DNA of 64,000 bases from Parcubacteria group bacterium (lineage in GTDB: Bacteria; Patescibacteriota; Minisyncoccia; Moranbacterales; UBA2206): assembly GCA_041661275.1 (NCBI GenBank), contig JBAZUU010000002.1, positions 137,148 to 201,147 of the forward strand. Reading direction: 5' to 3'. This document shows positions 46,458 to 55,848 of the stretch, in pieces. The first letter of the stretch is position 1, and each line of letters starts with the position of its first letter. The position numbers and the translations under genes were made by a program. The notes below the pieces were generated by a model that ran no database searches, was not told the origin of the DNA, and saw nothing but the letters and a program-made list of their open reading frames with translations.

Positions 46458-47639
46458 ATGAAAACAATTGGCATTAATGCGTCGTTTATCAGAAAGCCTA
46501 ATACTGGTATTGGGCAGGTTACAATTAATTTTTTAAGGAAATTAATTGAGTTAAAAGTTCAAAGTGAAAAATTAAAAGTTATTTTGTACCTGGAAGAGGA
46601 TTTGCCTAAAAACTTTAAATTACCTGATAATTTTGAATGTCGAGTTTTTTTGCCGATATGGAAACGGGATGATCTTATTCGCAAAATTTGGTGGGAAAAA
46701 TGTTTGTTACCACGGCAAGTAAAAAAAGATAATTGTGATGTATTTTTCAGCGTTTACCAATGCCCGACAGCGATAGAAAACATCAAGCATATAATGTTGG
46801 TGCATGACATAATTCCAAAATTATTTCCCGAATATCTTAATAATTTTAGAAAAAAACATTATCAAAAATTGACGGAAAAAGCCATCAGATCAGCGGATAA
46901 GATTTTGGCCGTTTCTAGAAGAACAGAAAAGGATCTGATTCAGCATTTGGGGGTTGAGCCGGAAAAAATTACGGTAAACTACATTGATATTGATGAAATT
47001 TATAAAAATAAACCGGACGAAAAGAAAATTGCCAAGGTTTTGAAAAAATATTCCGCCTATGGCGGAAGATTAAAGCCGGGATATATTTTGGCTGGCGGGG
47101 GATTGGAAGTGCGGAAAAATGTGGAAGGAGTGATCCGGGCTTATGATTATTTATATAAACGAAACAAACAAGAACATTTTATTGGCGAAATGCCAAAATT
47201 GGTGGTTTATGGCAAGCTTTTGCCCCAACTGGCACCGCTTGTCACTGATGGGGAAAAATTGGCACGCGAATTAAATCTGACCAAGCAAATACGATTTCTT
47301 GATATGACGCCACAAGATGATATGCCGGCGATATTTTCTGAAAGTTTAATGTTCGTCTACCCGTCGCATTATGAAGGATTTGGCATGCCTCCGCTCGAAG
47401 CGATGAATATAGGCGTGCCTACGATAATTTCTAAATCATCTTCTCTCCCGGAAGTAGGCGGCGACGGTGCTTTATATTGCAAGGACGATGATATTCATGA
47501 TATAGCTATGGTGATGCGAAATGTGCTGCTCAATAAAAATTTACGTGAGACCTTGAAGGTACGCGCCAAAATGCAAGCCCAAAAATTTTCGTGGGATAAG
47601 TTTGTGGAGAAGTTTTTGAATATAATTGAAAATGTTTGA
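46458..47639 (+). CDS. GT4 glycosyltransferase (WbaZ/MtfB-like)
   Basis: HDIIP, RKN, YEGFGMPPLEAM. Confidence 0.9.
   Translation: MKTIGINASFIRKPNTGIGQVTINFLRKLIELKVQSEKLKVILYLEEDLPKNFKLPDNFECRVFLPIWKRDDLIRKIWWEKCLLPRQVKKDNCDVFFSVYQCPTAIENIKHIMLVHDIIPKLFPEYLNNFRKKHYQKLTEKAIRSADKILAVSRRTEKDLIQHLGVEPEKITVNYIDIDEIYKNKPDEKKIAKVLKKYSAYGGRLKPGYILAGGGLEVRKNVEGVIRAYDYLYKRNKQEHFIGEMPKLVVYGKLLPQLAPLVTDGEKLARELNLTKQIRFLDMTPQDDMPAIFSESLMFVYPSHYEGFGMPPLEAMNIGVPTIISKSSSLPEVGGDGALYCKDDDIHDIAMVMRNVLLNKNLRETLKVRAKMQAQKFSWDKFVEKFLNIIENV
47051..47067. repeat. Mini-palindrome in frame within the GT4 gene
   Basis: ttccgcc-tat-ggcggaa; encodes SAYGG. Confidence 0.65.
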
Positions 47640-49260
47640 ATTTTTAAACAAACCCAAAACCTATCTTCTTCTTGGCAATGTTTTACTTGTTTTCTTTTTG
47701 ATATTGCTAAATAACTTGAAAATTTTGCCGCTGGCATTTGGTGACTTTTTGTTTTTTGCATTTTTGGCATTGGCAGTTGCGCTATATCGTCCCGGCTGGT
47801 GTTTTTTGCTTTTTGTCGGAATGATACCGCTGGAAAACATCAATTTGGCGCCGGCAGAATTAGGAATTGCCATTCGTCCATATCAATTTATCGGCGCCAT
47901 CATAATTTTGGCGCTTCTGATTCGTCTGGCGACAAAAAGATTATCGTTTAAACTGATAAAGCCGGAATGGTACGATTGGCTGGTCTTGATTTTTGTGGCG
48001 TCAGGATTTTTGAGTATTATTGGCGCGCCGGATAAAATAGCAAGCTTTAAATTATCGATAATTATCGCTACTTTCGTGGCGCTATATTATTTAGTCAGAA
48101 ATTATATCCAAAACAGTGAAGACTTGAAAAGAGTGATCCCGTTTTTCGTTAGTTCATCAGTTATTGTGGTTTTTTATGGTATTTGGCAAAATTGGCGTTT
48201 TTTGCATAGCTTGTCTAATTTTGAAGCGATGCCGGGAAGGCCGAACGCGACATTCACGGAAGCGGATTGGTTGGGTATGTTTCTAGTGTTATTAATAAGT
48301 GCAATATTTATCCTCATCCGTCATTCTGAGCGGAATGAGGCCTTTGGCCGAATGCAGTCGAAGAATCTACCAAACAATATTACTAGTTATAATCAAGAGC
48401 AGATCCCTCGACTACGTTCGGATAAAATCCTCACTTCGCTCGGGATGACGGGTTACTATATTTTTCTTATTTTAACTTTTATCTTACTAGCTCTCACTGT
48501 CTCTCGCAGCGCATGGCTGGCGGCGCTTGTTGTTTATGTTGTATTTGTGACTGTATTTTTTACTGATTTACGCCTAAAAGATTGGAAATGGCGTGAAACG
48601 AGCTGGCTTAAATTTAAAATAATAGCGTCTTTAGCTGTTGCCATCGCCATTGTTTACATTTTTCATTTGACTAATTTCCAACTTTTTAACCGTGTGCAAA
48701 GCACCGGAACGGGGCAACAAAAAATTACTGTCAGCTGTGAGGAGAACAAGGAATTGCCGGAGTATATTGATGTAGTTGGTGAACTGGAAGAATTCAGTTG
48801 TCGGCATATCAACCTGGAAGAAATTGAAAGTGAAAAGGCGGTTGGTCATTTTGTAAAAGAAGTATTTCGAAAAGATCCAAATGTAAGCACTCGAAATGAA
48901 ATATATAAGAAATCGTGGGTGGAAATAAAAAAACATCCAATCCTGGGCATTGGATGGGGAAATATTAACCAAATTTTAGGCAAAGATGGTCGAGGAACAC
49001 CATTGAATTCTAGCAATATTTTCCTGGAAACTTGGCTCGGAGCGGGGATGTTCGGACTGTTGTCTCTAGTAATCTTGCTTGGGTATATTTTACTGAAATC
49101 CGTCAAAAATTATTATCAAGCTCAAAATGATGTACAAAAGGTCGTAAATCTGTTTATATTGATCAGCTGGCTTGGATTAGTCACGACAAACCTATTTAAC
49201 GCCGGAATATTTTTAGGAATACTTTGGGTGTGGCTGGCGATAGCTCAAATTAAGGAATAG
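47632..49260 (+). CDS. O-antigen ligase (WaaL/Wzy_C) family protein
   Basis: RPNATF, TVSRSAWL, HPILGIGWGN, NIFLE. Confidence 0.85.
   Translation: MFEFLNKPKTYLLLGNVLLVFFLILLNNLKILPLAFGDFLFFAFLALAVALYRPGWCFLLFVGMIPLENINLAPAELGIAIRPYQFIGAIIILALLIRLATKRLSFKLIKPEWYDWLVLIFVASGFLSIIGAPDKIASFKLSIIIATFVALYYLVRNYIQNSEDLKRVIPFFVSSSVIVVFYGIWQNWRFLHSLSNFEAMPGRPNATFTEADWLGMFLVLLISAIFILIRHSERNEAFGRMQSKNLPNNITSYNQEQIPRLRSDKILTSLGMTGYYIFLILTFILLALTVSRSAWLAALVVYVVFVTVFFTDLRLKDWKWRETSWLKFKIIASLAVAIAIVYIFHLTNFQLFNRVQSTGTGQQKITVSCEENKELPEYIDVVGELEEFSCRHINLEEIESEKAVGHFVKEVFRKDPNVSTRNEIYKKSWVEIKKHPILGIGWGNINQILGKDGRGTPLNSSNIFLETWLGAGMFGLLSLVILLGYILLKSVKNYYQAQNDVQKVVNLFILISWLGLVTTNLFNAGIFLGILWVWLAIAQIKE
48318..48451. 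repeat. GTCATTCTGAGCG...CGCTCGGGATGAC element in frame within the O-antigen ligase gene
   Basis: Terminal inverted repeats; right half nearly identical to 60373-60425; encodes RHSERNEAFGRMQSKNL...IPRLRSDKILTSLGMT. Confidence 0.9.
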
Positions 49261-49288
49261 AAAAAGCCCAGGTTGATACCTCGGGCTT
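49261..49288 (-). terminator. Intrinsic terminator
   Basis: Minus strand aagcccgaggtatcaacctgggcttttt. Confidence 0.7.
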
Positions 49289-49322
49289 GGTCGGCGAGCG
49301 TGAACGATGAAGTTTCATCGAA

Positions 49323-49484
49323 TCATGCCGCCTTTCTGGAACGTTTCCGTTCCTTTTTGGAAATAATTTTGTCAGAGTAGCAGGGCTTGGGATTGCCCCT
49401 GCAAACAAATGGAAAGCATTTTCCGTGAAAAAGAACAAAAAATAAGCAGTTCTGTCTCATCTCTTCGGTGATGGTTGGCGACAT
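49323..49484 (-). CDS. 53-aa protein with four Cys and a basic tail (not in the ORF track)
   Basis: SD GGAAGGAG before the ATG; MSPTITEEMRQNCLFFVLFHGKCFPFVCRGNPKPCYSDKIISKKERKRSRKAA; followed by a terminator. Confidence 0.6.
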   Translation of the reverse strand: MSPTITEEMRQNCLFFVLFHGKCFPFVCRGNPKPCYSDKIISKKERKRSRKAA

Positions 49485-49554
49485 TAATCACTCCTTCCTT
49501 AGTGTTGCCGGGATTTTTACACACGAAAACCAATTATAACTCACATATCAATTT

Positions 49555-50691
49555 ATGTCAAATATCGGAATAGATATTCGTAATATCGGGAAATATAGAA
49601 CTGGTGATGAAGTGGTGTTTTTTAATTTGGTAAAGAATTTGGCTGTTATTGATGCGAATAATGATTACAAATTATTTACCGACATTGCAGATGCTGAAAC
49701 GCTCAAAAGTATCAAAAAAAGCTTGGAAATAGAAAATAAGAGCAATTTTGAAATTATTTCTCTCCCGGCTGCCAACAAATTCACTTGGAATTTTTGGACG
49801 CTTCCGCGATATCTTCAAAAAAATGAAGTAGACACATATTTGACGCAATATATCACGCCATTTTTTGTGCCAAAGCGCATCAAGATAATAACAATTATCC
49901 ACGATGTTTCTTTCAAGGTGTATAAACAATTCATCAAATTTAGCGATCTATTTTTTCTAAATATTCTGATCCCGAGAAGTTTAAAAAGAGCGGACAAGAT
50001 CATCGCTGTTTCGCAGTTTACCAGGGATGAGATTATAAAATTATATAAAATTGATGCAGATAAGGTAGAATGGATTCATAATGCTGTTGCTGGTGATTTT
50101 TTGAGTGCTGATTTGTCCGAAGAAAAATTGAAAAAAGTTCGAGAAAAATATAAATTGCCAGACAAGTATATTTTGTATCTCGGAACGCTTCAGCCGAGAA
50201 AAAATATCCCGATGCTAATCGAAGCTTTTTCTGTTTCCAAGGTTGAACCTTGGAAGTTGGTCATTGCTGGCGGAAAAAGCCATAATTTTGATCCAAAAAT
50301 CGACGAAATGGTGGAAAAATATAATTTGCAAGACAAAGTAGTTTTTCCAGGGTTTATTGATGAAGAAGACAAAGCGGCGGTTATGAAGGCAGCAAATATA
50401 TTTTGCTTTCCTTCATTTTATGAAGGCTTTGGCATTCCAATTTTGGAAGCGATGTCGGTTGGCACTCCGGTTATCGCGTCCAATATCGCGCCACACAAAG
50501 AAATAGCGGAATACGCAATATTATATTTTGATCCAGAAAGTTCGCAAGAGCTGGCCGATAGAATTAATTCACTGGTGGGTAATGACAATTTACGGCGAGA
50601 ACTGATCCAAAAAGGACTGGAACAGGTAAAAAAATTCTCCTGGGAAAAAACAGCCAGAAAGATGATAGGTATTTTTGAAGGGATGAAATAA
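49555..50691 (+). CDS. GT4 glycosyltransferase (WbaZ/MtfB-like)
   Basis: IHD, GTLQPRKN, YEGFGIPILEAM. Confidence 0.92.
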   Translation: MSNIGIDIRNIGKYRTGDEVVFFNLVKNLAVIDANNDYKLFTDIADAETLKSIKKSLEIENKSNFEIISLPAANKFTWNFWTLPRYLQKNEVDTYLTQYITPFFVPKRIKIITIIHDVSFKVYKQFIKFSDLFFLNILIPRSLKRADKIIAVSQFTRDEIIKLYKIDADKVEWIHNAVAGDFLSADLSEEKLKKVREKYKLPDKYILYLGTLQPRKNIPMLIEAFSVSKVEPWKLVIAGGKSHNFDPKIDEMVEKYNLQDKVVFPGFIDEEDKAAVMKAANIFCFPSFYEGFGIPILEAMSVGTPVIASNIAPHKEIAEYAILYFDPESSQELADRINSLVGNDNLRRELIQKGLEQVKKFSWEKTARKMIGIFEGMK

Positions 50692-50696
50692 TCTTG

Positions 50697-50743
50697 CCCC
50701 GTAAGAAATCGGTATAATATTTTTGTCTGATTTCTGTACGGGG
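50697..50743. repeat. CCCCGT-AGAAATC inverted-repeat element
   Basis: ccccgtaagaaatc...gatttctgtacgggg; related to 57981-58083. Confidence 0.7.
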
Positions 50744-50875
50744 TTGCTTTTTATCAGCAATTAAGATAGTTTTTATATAGTTTTGTAAGGAGGCCGAGCG
50801 TAGGTTTCGAGTTTTTTGTATCTTGAAAACGAAATAAATCATTTTTTCCAAACATATTTCTATAGGGGGAGGAAA

Positions 50876-51178
50876 ATGAAAAGTGAATGCAAGAGATCTT
50901 TGTACTGGCATCAGGTTCCTGGATATACGGGAACTCTCAGTGAAAATCCTGAATCTGACGGCGTGAAGGGGAAATTAGTATTTGAGGAGGGGAAGAAATA
51001 CAAAATTATTGCTCTTCCCTATCGAGACACGAACACACTGGAGTATGTTTCCATTTATGCCGTCGGTGAAGATGGGAGTATGTACTGTGTTATGCACCAA
51101 GAATTGCACTATGGCGCAACTAAGTTGATATTGGGAAGTTTCGATTTTACTGCAATAAAAACAAAGAAACCGGAATGA
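50876..51178 (+). CDS. Hypothetical protein
   Basis: SD GGAGG before the ATG at 50876; lies just upstream of purE. Confidence 0.6.
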   Translation: MKSECKRSLYWHQVPGYTGTLSENPESDGVKGKLVFEEGKKYKIIALPYRDTNTLEYVSIYAVGEDGSMYCVMHQELHYGATKLILGSFDFTAIKTKKPE

Positions 51179-51190
51179 AAGGAGAAAACT

Positions 51191-51715
51191 ATGACAGAGC
51201 TTCAGATTTTGGTTGGAATTATCATGGGGAGTTTTTCTGATAGAAGGCTCATGTACGGCGCCAAGGCTGTTCTGGAAAAATTTCTCATTCCGTACGACTA
51301 CCACATCTGTTCAGCCCACAGAACTCCCGATGACATTCCACCAATCATCAATGAGTGGAAAGGAAGGGGTTGTAAAGTACTTATTGTTGGAGCTGGTTGG
51401 GCTGCGCATCTAGCTGGTGCGGTTGCTGCTCAAACTATTTTGCCGGTCATTGGAGTGCCACTTTCTTCCTCTGTTCTTAAGGGTTTGGATTCGCTCTTAG
51501 CTACTGTTCAGATGCCACCTGGTATTCCAGTAGCAACAGTTGCTATTGATTGTTCGGAGAATGCGGCTCACTTGGCGATTCAAATGTTGGCGATCAGCAA
51601 CGATAAATTAGCAATGGAACTTCGGGCTCATCGCATAGCAACGATGGGTGAGGATGTCCGAGATAAAGACAGAAAGCTGCGGGCATCTGGTTGGCCCGAC
51701 GAAACAAAAAGTTAA
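51191..51715 (+). CDS. purE: N5-CAIR mutase
   Basis: IIMGSFSD, SAHRTP, GAGWAAHL, LPVIGVP, QMPPGIPVATV. Confidence 0.93.
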   Translation: MTELQILVGIIMGSFSDRRLMYGAKAVLEKFLIPYDYHICSAHRTPDDIPPIINEWKGRGCKVLIVGAGWAAHLAGAVAAQTILPVIGVPLSSSVLKGLDSLLATVQMPPGIPVATVAIDCSENAAHLAIQMLAISNDKLAMELRAHRIATMGEDVRDKDRKLRASGWPDETKS

Positions 51716-51764
51716 TAATTGACATGAAAAAAGAAAGAAGAAAAGGAAATAAACATTTTCACCC

Positions 51765-51802
51765 CCGCCGGGCGTGCCAATTGTGGTGCCCGGCGGTTTT
51801 TT
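51765..51802 (+). terminator. Intrinsic terminator
   Basis: ccgccgggc...gcccggcgg followed by a T-run. Confidence 0.8.
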
Positions 51803-51807
51803 ATTTT

Positions 51808-51848
51808 TACGAAATACGAAATTAAGTACGAAATACGAAGGTACGAAA
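51808..51848 (+). repeat. TACGAA array, intergenic copy
   Basis: tacgaaatacgaa-attaag-tacgaaatacgaa-gg-tacgaa; same layout as 63148-63186. Confidence 0.85.
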
Positions 51849-51889
51849 ATCGTGTCAAAAATTTAACCCGAATCGTATAAAGTTATAGA

Positions 51890-51918
51890 TTGACGAAAAG
51901 ACTGATTATATGTAAAAT
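51890..51918 (+). promoter_or_regulatory. Sigma70 promoter
   Basis: TTGACG-N17-TAAAAT. Confidence 0.65.
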
Positions 51919-51966
51919 GATAATATTGCAAAAAGACTAAAAATCTTAATTATTTTTTATTTTTTT

Positions 51967-53187
51967 ATGACGTATTTCCGAAATAATAACTTGAGCAATA
52001 AAAATACAAGAGCAGGCAATTATCAGACACCAAAAGTGAAATTTTATAAAAAACGTTGGTTCAAGATTGTGGGAGTAATTCTCATCTTGCTGGTTATCGG
52101 TGGCGGTGCTTTTGCCTGGAAAACCGGAAGCGTGCTCACAAAAATTTCCAATGGCGGACTGCTTTCAAGCATCGCTCACAATATCCCCGGCGTGAAAGAC
52201 GAGCTAAAAGGAGAAAAAGACGGGCGGATAAATATATTAGTATTAGGAATGAGAGGCGCTGACCTTCCCGGGGGAGGACTTTTGGCGGATACCATTATGG
52301 TGGTGAGCGTAAAACCGGCTGAAAACAAAGCGTCTATTATTTCTATTCCCAGAGATTTGTATGTCACGGTTCCGGGAACGCAAGACAGGCAGAAGATCAA
52401 TGCTGTCCACGCTTATGGCGAAGAGAATGGAAAAGAGCAAGGACTGGAACAGATGAAAAAGGCCGTAACTGAAGTGACCGGACTGCCTATCCATTATGCC
52501 GCCAGCATTAATTTTACCGGATTTAAACAGTTGGTAGATGCCATCGGCGGAGTGGACGTGACTCTCGACAAACCTTTCGAAGAAACTATGCAGTTTAACG
52601 AAGCCAAGGTTTGCGATCCTAATGTTTTTACTGTTCCGACTGGAAAATATGAAACTAAAAAGGACACAACCAAAACAGGAAAGATAAAAATTGTAGCGCA
52701 ATACCCGCTTTGTACTAATCCTAAAACGGAGTGCGGAGGCGATTTCAAGTTGCCTGCCGGAAAAAATACACTAAATGGTGATCAGGCATTGTGTTTTGCA
52801 AGATCGAGAGTAACTTCCAGTGATTTTGAAAGAGCTAAGCGCCAACAACTGGTTATGCAACTAGTCAAAGATAAAATGTTGAGCATTGGAACACTGGCTG
52901 ACTTTTCCAAAGTGAACGGTGTTTTAGACTCTTTGGGTGACAATGTCCGCACAGATATGCAGCTTTGGGAAATGCAAAAACTGTACGATATCTATAAAAA
53001 AGTTCCCAATCCGGAAATTCATCAAAGGGTATTAGAAGACAGTGAAGAGGGATTGCTTTACGCGCCAACCGAAGGAGTGTCTGGATATATTCTTCTTCCG
53101 AGAGGCGACAACTATGACAAAATTCATGATATGGCACAGAATATTTTCACTATGCCAGAGCAAAAAGATATAAAGCCGAAGATATAA
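51967..53187 (+). CDS. LCP (LytR-CpsA-Psr) family glycopolymer transferase
   Basis: INILVLG, DTIMV, SIPRD, KIN, ARSR...DFERAKRQ. Confidence 0.92.
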   Translation: MTYFRNNNLSNKNTRAGNYQTPKVKFYKKRWFKIVGVILILLVIGGGAFAWKTGSVLTKISNGGLLSSIAHNIPGVKDELKGEKDGRINILVLGMRGADLPGGGLLADTIMVVSVKPAENKASIISIPRDLYVTVPGTQDRQKINAVHAYGEENGKEQGLEQMKKAVTEVTGLPIHYAASINFTGFKQLVDAIGGVDVTLDKPFEETMQFNEAKVCDPNVFTVPTGKYETKKDTTKTGKIKIVAQYPLCTNPKTECGGDFKLPAGKNTLNGDQALCFARSRVTSSDFERAKRQQLVMQLVKDKMLSIGTLADFSKVNGVLDSLGDNVRTDMQLWEMQKLYDIYKKVPNPEIHQRVLEDSEEGLLYAPTEGVSGYILLPRGDNYDKIHDMAQNIFTMPEQKDIKPKI

Positions 53188-53199
53188 AACCTAAGTAAT

Positions 53200-54009
53200 A
53201 TGGAGTTATCCATCATTATTACCAGCTATAAAAATCCTGAACTTTTGAAGGTTTGTATTGATTCGATAAAAAAGAATATCACTCTGACCGATTATGAAAT
53301 GATTGAAATAGATTGCGAGTCGGAAGAGGCTACCCAACTAATGATGAGAGAGGATTATCCGGAAATAAAATTTTATGCGTTCAAAGAAAATGTTGGCTAT
53401 CAGGCTCTTTTAAAAAAAGGATTCGAGATGGCAGAGGGTAAATATATCCTGATTATGAATGGGGATGCGGTCGTCAAAAAAGGATCGATCGAAAAATTAT
53501 TGGAATATGTGAGAAGCAATAAACAAGTGGGTCTTGTCGGCCCACAACTCCTCGGATTTAACGAAGAATTGCAATATTCATGCTTCCGGTTTTATACGCC
53601 GATGACCATAGTTTATCGGCGGACATTTTTAGGAAGATTAAAGTTCGCCCAAAAGAAATTAGACCTGTTTCTAATGAAAGATTTTGACCATAAGAGCGAA
53701 AAAGAGGTAGACTGGTTGATGGGTTCGGCGCTGATGACTTCGCGCGAAGTTATTAAAAAGGTAGGACTGATGGATCCGCGGTTCAAGATGTATTTTGAAG
53801 ACGTGGACTGGTGCCGAAGATTTTGGGAAGCTGGATACAAAGTCATATATTATCCGAGTTCCCGGATGTACCATTACCACGGTAAAGGTTCGTCCGGAAA
53901 AAGCATAATAAAAACCTTAATATTCAACCGTTTAGCCTGGCTGCATATTATTAGCGCGGTCAAATATTTCCTTAAATACTGGGGCAAACCGTTGCCTCAA
54001 CATAATTAA
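53200..54009 (+). CDS. GT2 glycosyltransferase (rhamnosyltransferase-like)
   Basis: SIIITSY, VDWLMGS, MYFEDVDWC. Confidence 0.9.
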   Translation: MELSIIITSYKNPELLKVCIDSIKKNITLTDYEMIEIDCESEEATQLMMREDYPEIKFYAFKENVGYQALLKKGFEMAEGKYILIMNGDAVVKKGSIEKLLEYVRSNKQVGLVGPQLLGFNEELQYSCFRFYTPMTIVYRRTFLGRLKFAQKKLDLFLMKDFDHKSEKEVDWLMGSALMTSREVIKKVGLMDPRFKMYFEDVDWCRRFWEAGYKVIYYPSSRMYHYHGKGSSGKSIIKTLIFNRLAWLHIISAVKYFLKYWGKPLPQHN

Positions 54010-55286
54010 TGATGGAACTGAATAAAATATTAGAGGAATCCGCCAATCTGGAAAAAAACAGAAAGCTTTTCAAGAAGTACGTCACTTTTTTTGTGGTTAT
54101 TTTTCTTGTCGCTGGCAGTTATTTTTTGGGCGTGAACCAAGGGAAAAAGCAAACAACTGAACAGAAAGTCATTCCACTAAGCCAGTCGTTGATTGAGAAT
54201 AAATTGCCAAGCTCGGATGAAAAAGTTGATTTTTCTCTTTTCTGGAAAGTATGGGATTTGGTCAAGGACAAACATATCGATAAGGACAAACTGGACGCGC
54301 AAAAAATGGTATACGGCGCGATAAATGGATTTTTGAAAGCCACCGGTGATCCATATTCCACTTTTTTTGATCCCACTGAATCAAAATCATTTACCGAAGA
54401 GATTGGAGGATCTTTTGAAGGGATCGGCGCGGAATTGGGCGTGAAAGATGATGTTTTGACCGTCATTGCTCCTCTTGACAGTTCGCCGGCGCAAAAAGCC
54501 GGATTGCGCGCAGGTGACAAGATTTTAAAGATTGACGGAAAAATCACCACCGATTTTAATGTTTATCAAGCCGTAGATCTTATTCGCGGGAAAAAAGGCA
54601 CTACGGTAACATTGACCATTCTTCATCAGGGCGAACAAGAAACCAGGGATGTGGTGGTAACGCGAGATACGATTGAGGTAAAAAGCGTCAAAATGGAATT
54701 TAAGGACGACAAGATTGCTTATATAAAAATTACCAAATTTGGTGATAATACGGGAAAGGAATTTAGTGATGCACTGAGTAAGATTACGTCCCAAAATACC
54801 AAGGGAGTTATTATTGATCTTCGCAATAATCCGGGCGGGCTTCTGGACAAGGCGGTGGAAATTGCCAGCAAGATGATCCCCAATGGAAAAGTGGTGGTGA
54901 CAGAAGAGGATAGCGCTGGAAATAAAGAAAGCCTGAAGACAGCTGGCGGAGACAGATTGAGCTCTATTCCAACAGTGATTCTTATTAACGAAGGAAGCGC
55001 CAGCGCCTCGGAAATTCTGGCCGGGGCTCTTCGAGATGACCAGGGGCTGACGCTTATTGGCAAAAAAACTTTTGGGAAAGGGTGTGTCCAACAGCTTATT
55101 GATCTTCCGGGCGGGTCAAGCGTAAAAATTACCATTGCCAAATGGCTGACGCCAAACGGTGATTATATAATGGAAAGGGGAATCAATCCTGATATTGAAG
55201 TGGATTTGAGCCTTGATGATTTCAATAATAATCGTGATCCGCAACTGGATAAGGCGATAGAAGTGATAAAGGAGAAAATTAAGTAG
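54009..55286 (+). CDS. ctpA: S41 C-terminal processing peptidase
   Basis: DPYS, GIGA PDZ entry, DLRNNPGG, SASASEI, GKG, GINPD. Confidence 0.92.
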   Translation: MMELNKILEESANLEKNRKLFKKYVTFFVVIFLVAGSYFLGVNQGKKQTTEQKVIPLSQSLIENKLPSSDEKVDFSLFWKVWDLVKDKHIDKDKLDAQKMVYGAINGFLKATGDPYSTFFDPTESKSFTEEIGGSFEGIGAELGVKDDVLTVIAPLDSSPAQKAGLRAGDKILKIDGKITTDFNVYQAVDLIRGKKGTTVTLTILHQGEQETRDVVVTRDTIEVKSVKMEFKDDKIAYIKITKFGDNTGKEFSDALSKITSQNTKGVIIDLRNNPGGLLDKAVEIASKMIPNGKVVVTEEDSAGNKESLKTAGGDRLSSIPTVILINEGSASASEILAGALRDDQGLTLIGKKTFGKGCVQQLIDLPGGSSVKITIAKWLTPNGDYIMERGINPDIEVDLSLDDFNNNRDPQLDKAIEVIKEKIK

Positions 55287-55298
55287 CTTAGGAAACTT

Positions 55299-55739
55299 AT
55301 GAAGGTTATTTTTCTTCAGGATGTGAAAAGTGTTGCTCGAAAAGGCGACATCAAAGACGTGGCCGAGGGCTATGCCCGAAATTTTTTGTTTCCCAAAAAG
55401 ATGGCTGAAATGGCGACTGACGAGGCGATAAAAAATGTCACCGCTCAAAAAGAAAAAGAAAGAGTTGAGGAAGCAAAAAATACTGAAAAAATGAGGCAAT
55501 TGGCGGGCGTTTTGAGAGATATGGAAATTGTGCTAAAATCAAAAGAGAAGAATGGAAAACTTTTTGGTTCGATTTCTAAAAAAGACATTGCCGAAAACTT
55601 GAAAAGAGAAGGATCCGAAATTACGGAAGAAAAAATAATTCTAGAAAATCCTATCAAAAAAATAGGAGAATACAAAATAGAAATAAAATTAACATCCGAC
55701 ATAGTATCGTATATTAAGTTGAAGGTTGAGGGAGTGTAG
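55299..55739 (+). CDS. rplI: 50S ribosomal protein L9
   Basis: [24 protein letters not shown]. Confidence 0.95.
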   Translation: MKVIFLQDVKSVARKGDIKDVAEGYARNFLFPKKMAEMATDEAIKNVTAQKEKERVEEAKNTEKMRQLAGVLRDMEIVLKSKEKNGKLFGSISKKDIAENLKREGSEITEEKIILENPIKKIGEYKIEIKLTSDIVSYIKLKVEGV

Positions 55740-55803
55740 CTGATCTTATAAATATTTATTTTTTCTAAAGTCGCAGGGGAAGGCGGCTTTTTATCTATAA
55801 AAG

Positions 55804-55839
55804 TATGCGAACGCGCGCTACGAACGCGCACATACGAAT
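55804..55839 (+). repeat. Degenerate (A)CGAA array upstream of pyrG
   Basis: tatgcgaacgcgcgc-tacgaacgcgcac-atacgaat. Confidence 0.55.
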
Positions 55840-55848
55840 ATTAAAAAT

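Noticed and set aside
50760-50875. Purine-related riboswitch upstream of the purE islet
   Set aside because: No recognisable guanine, ZTP or PRPP aptamer consensus or convincing fold.
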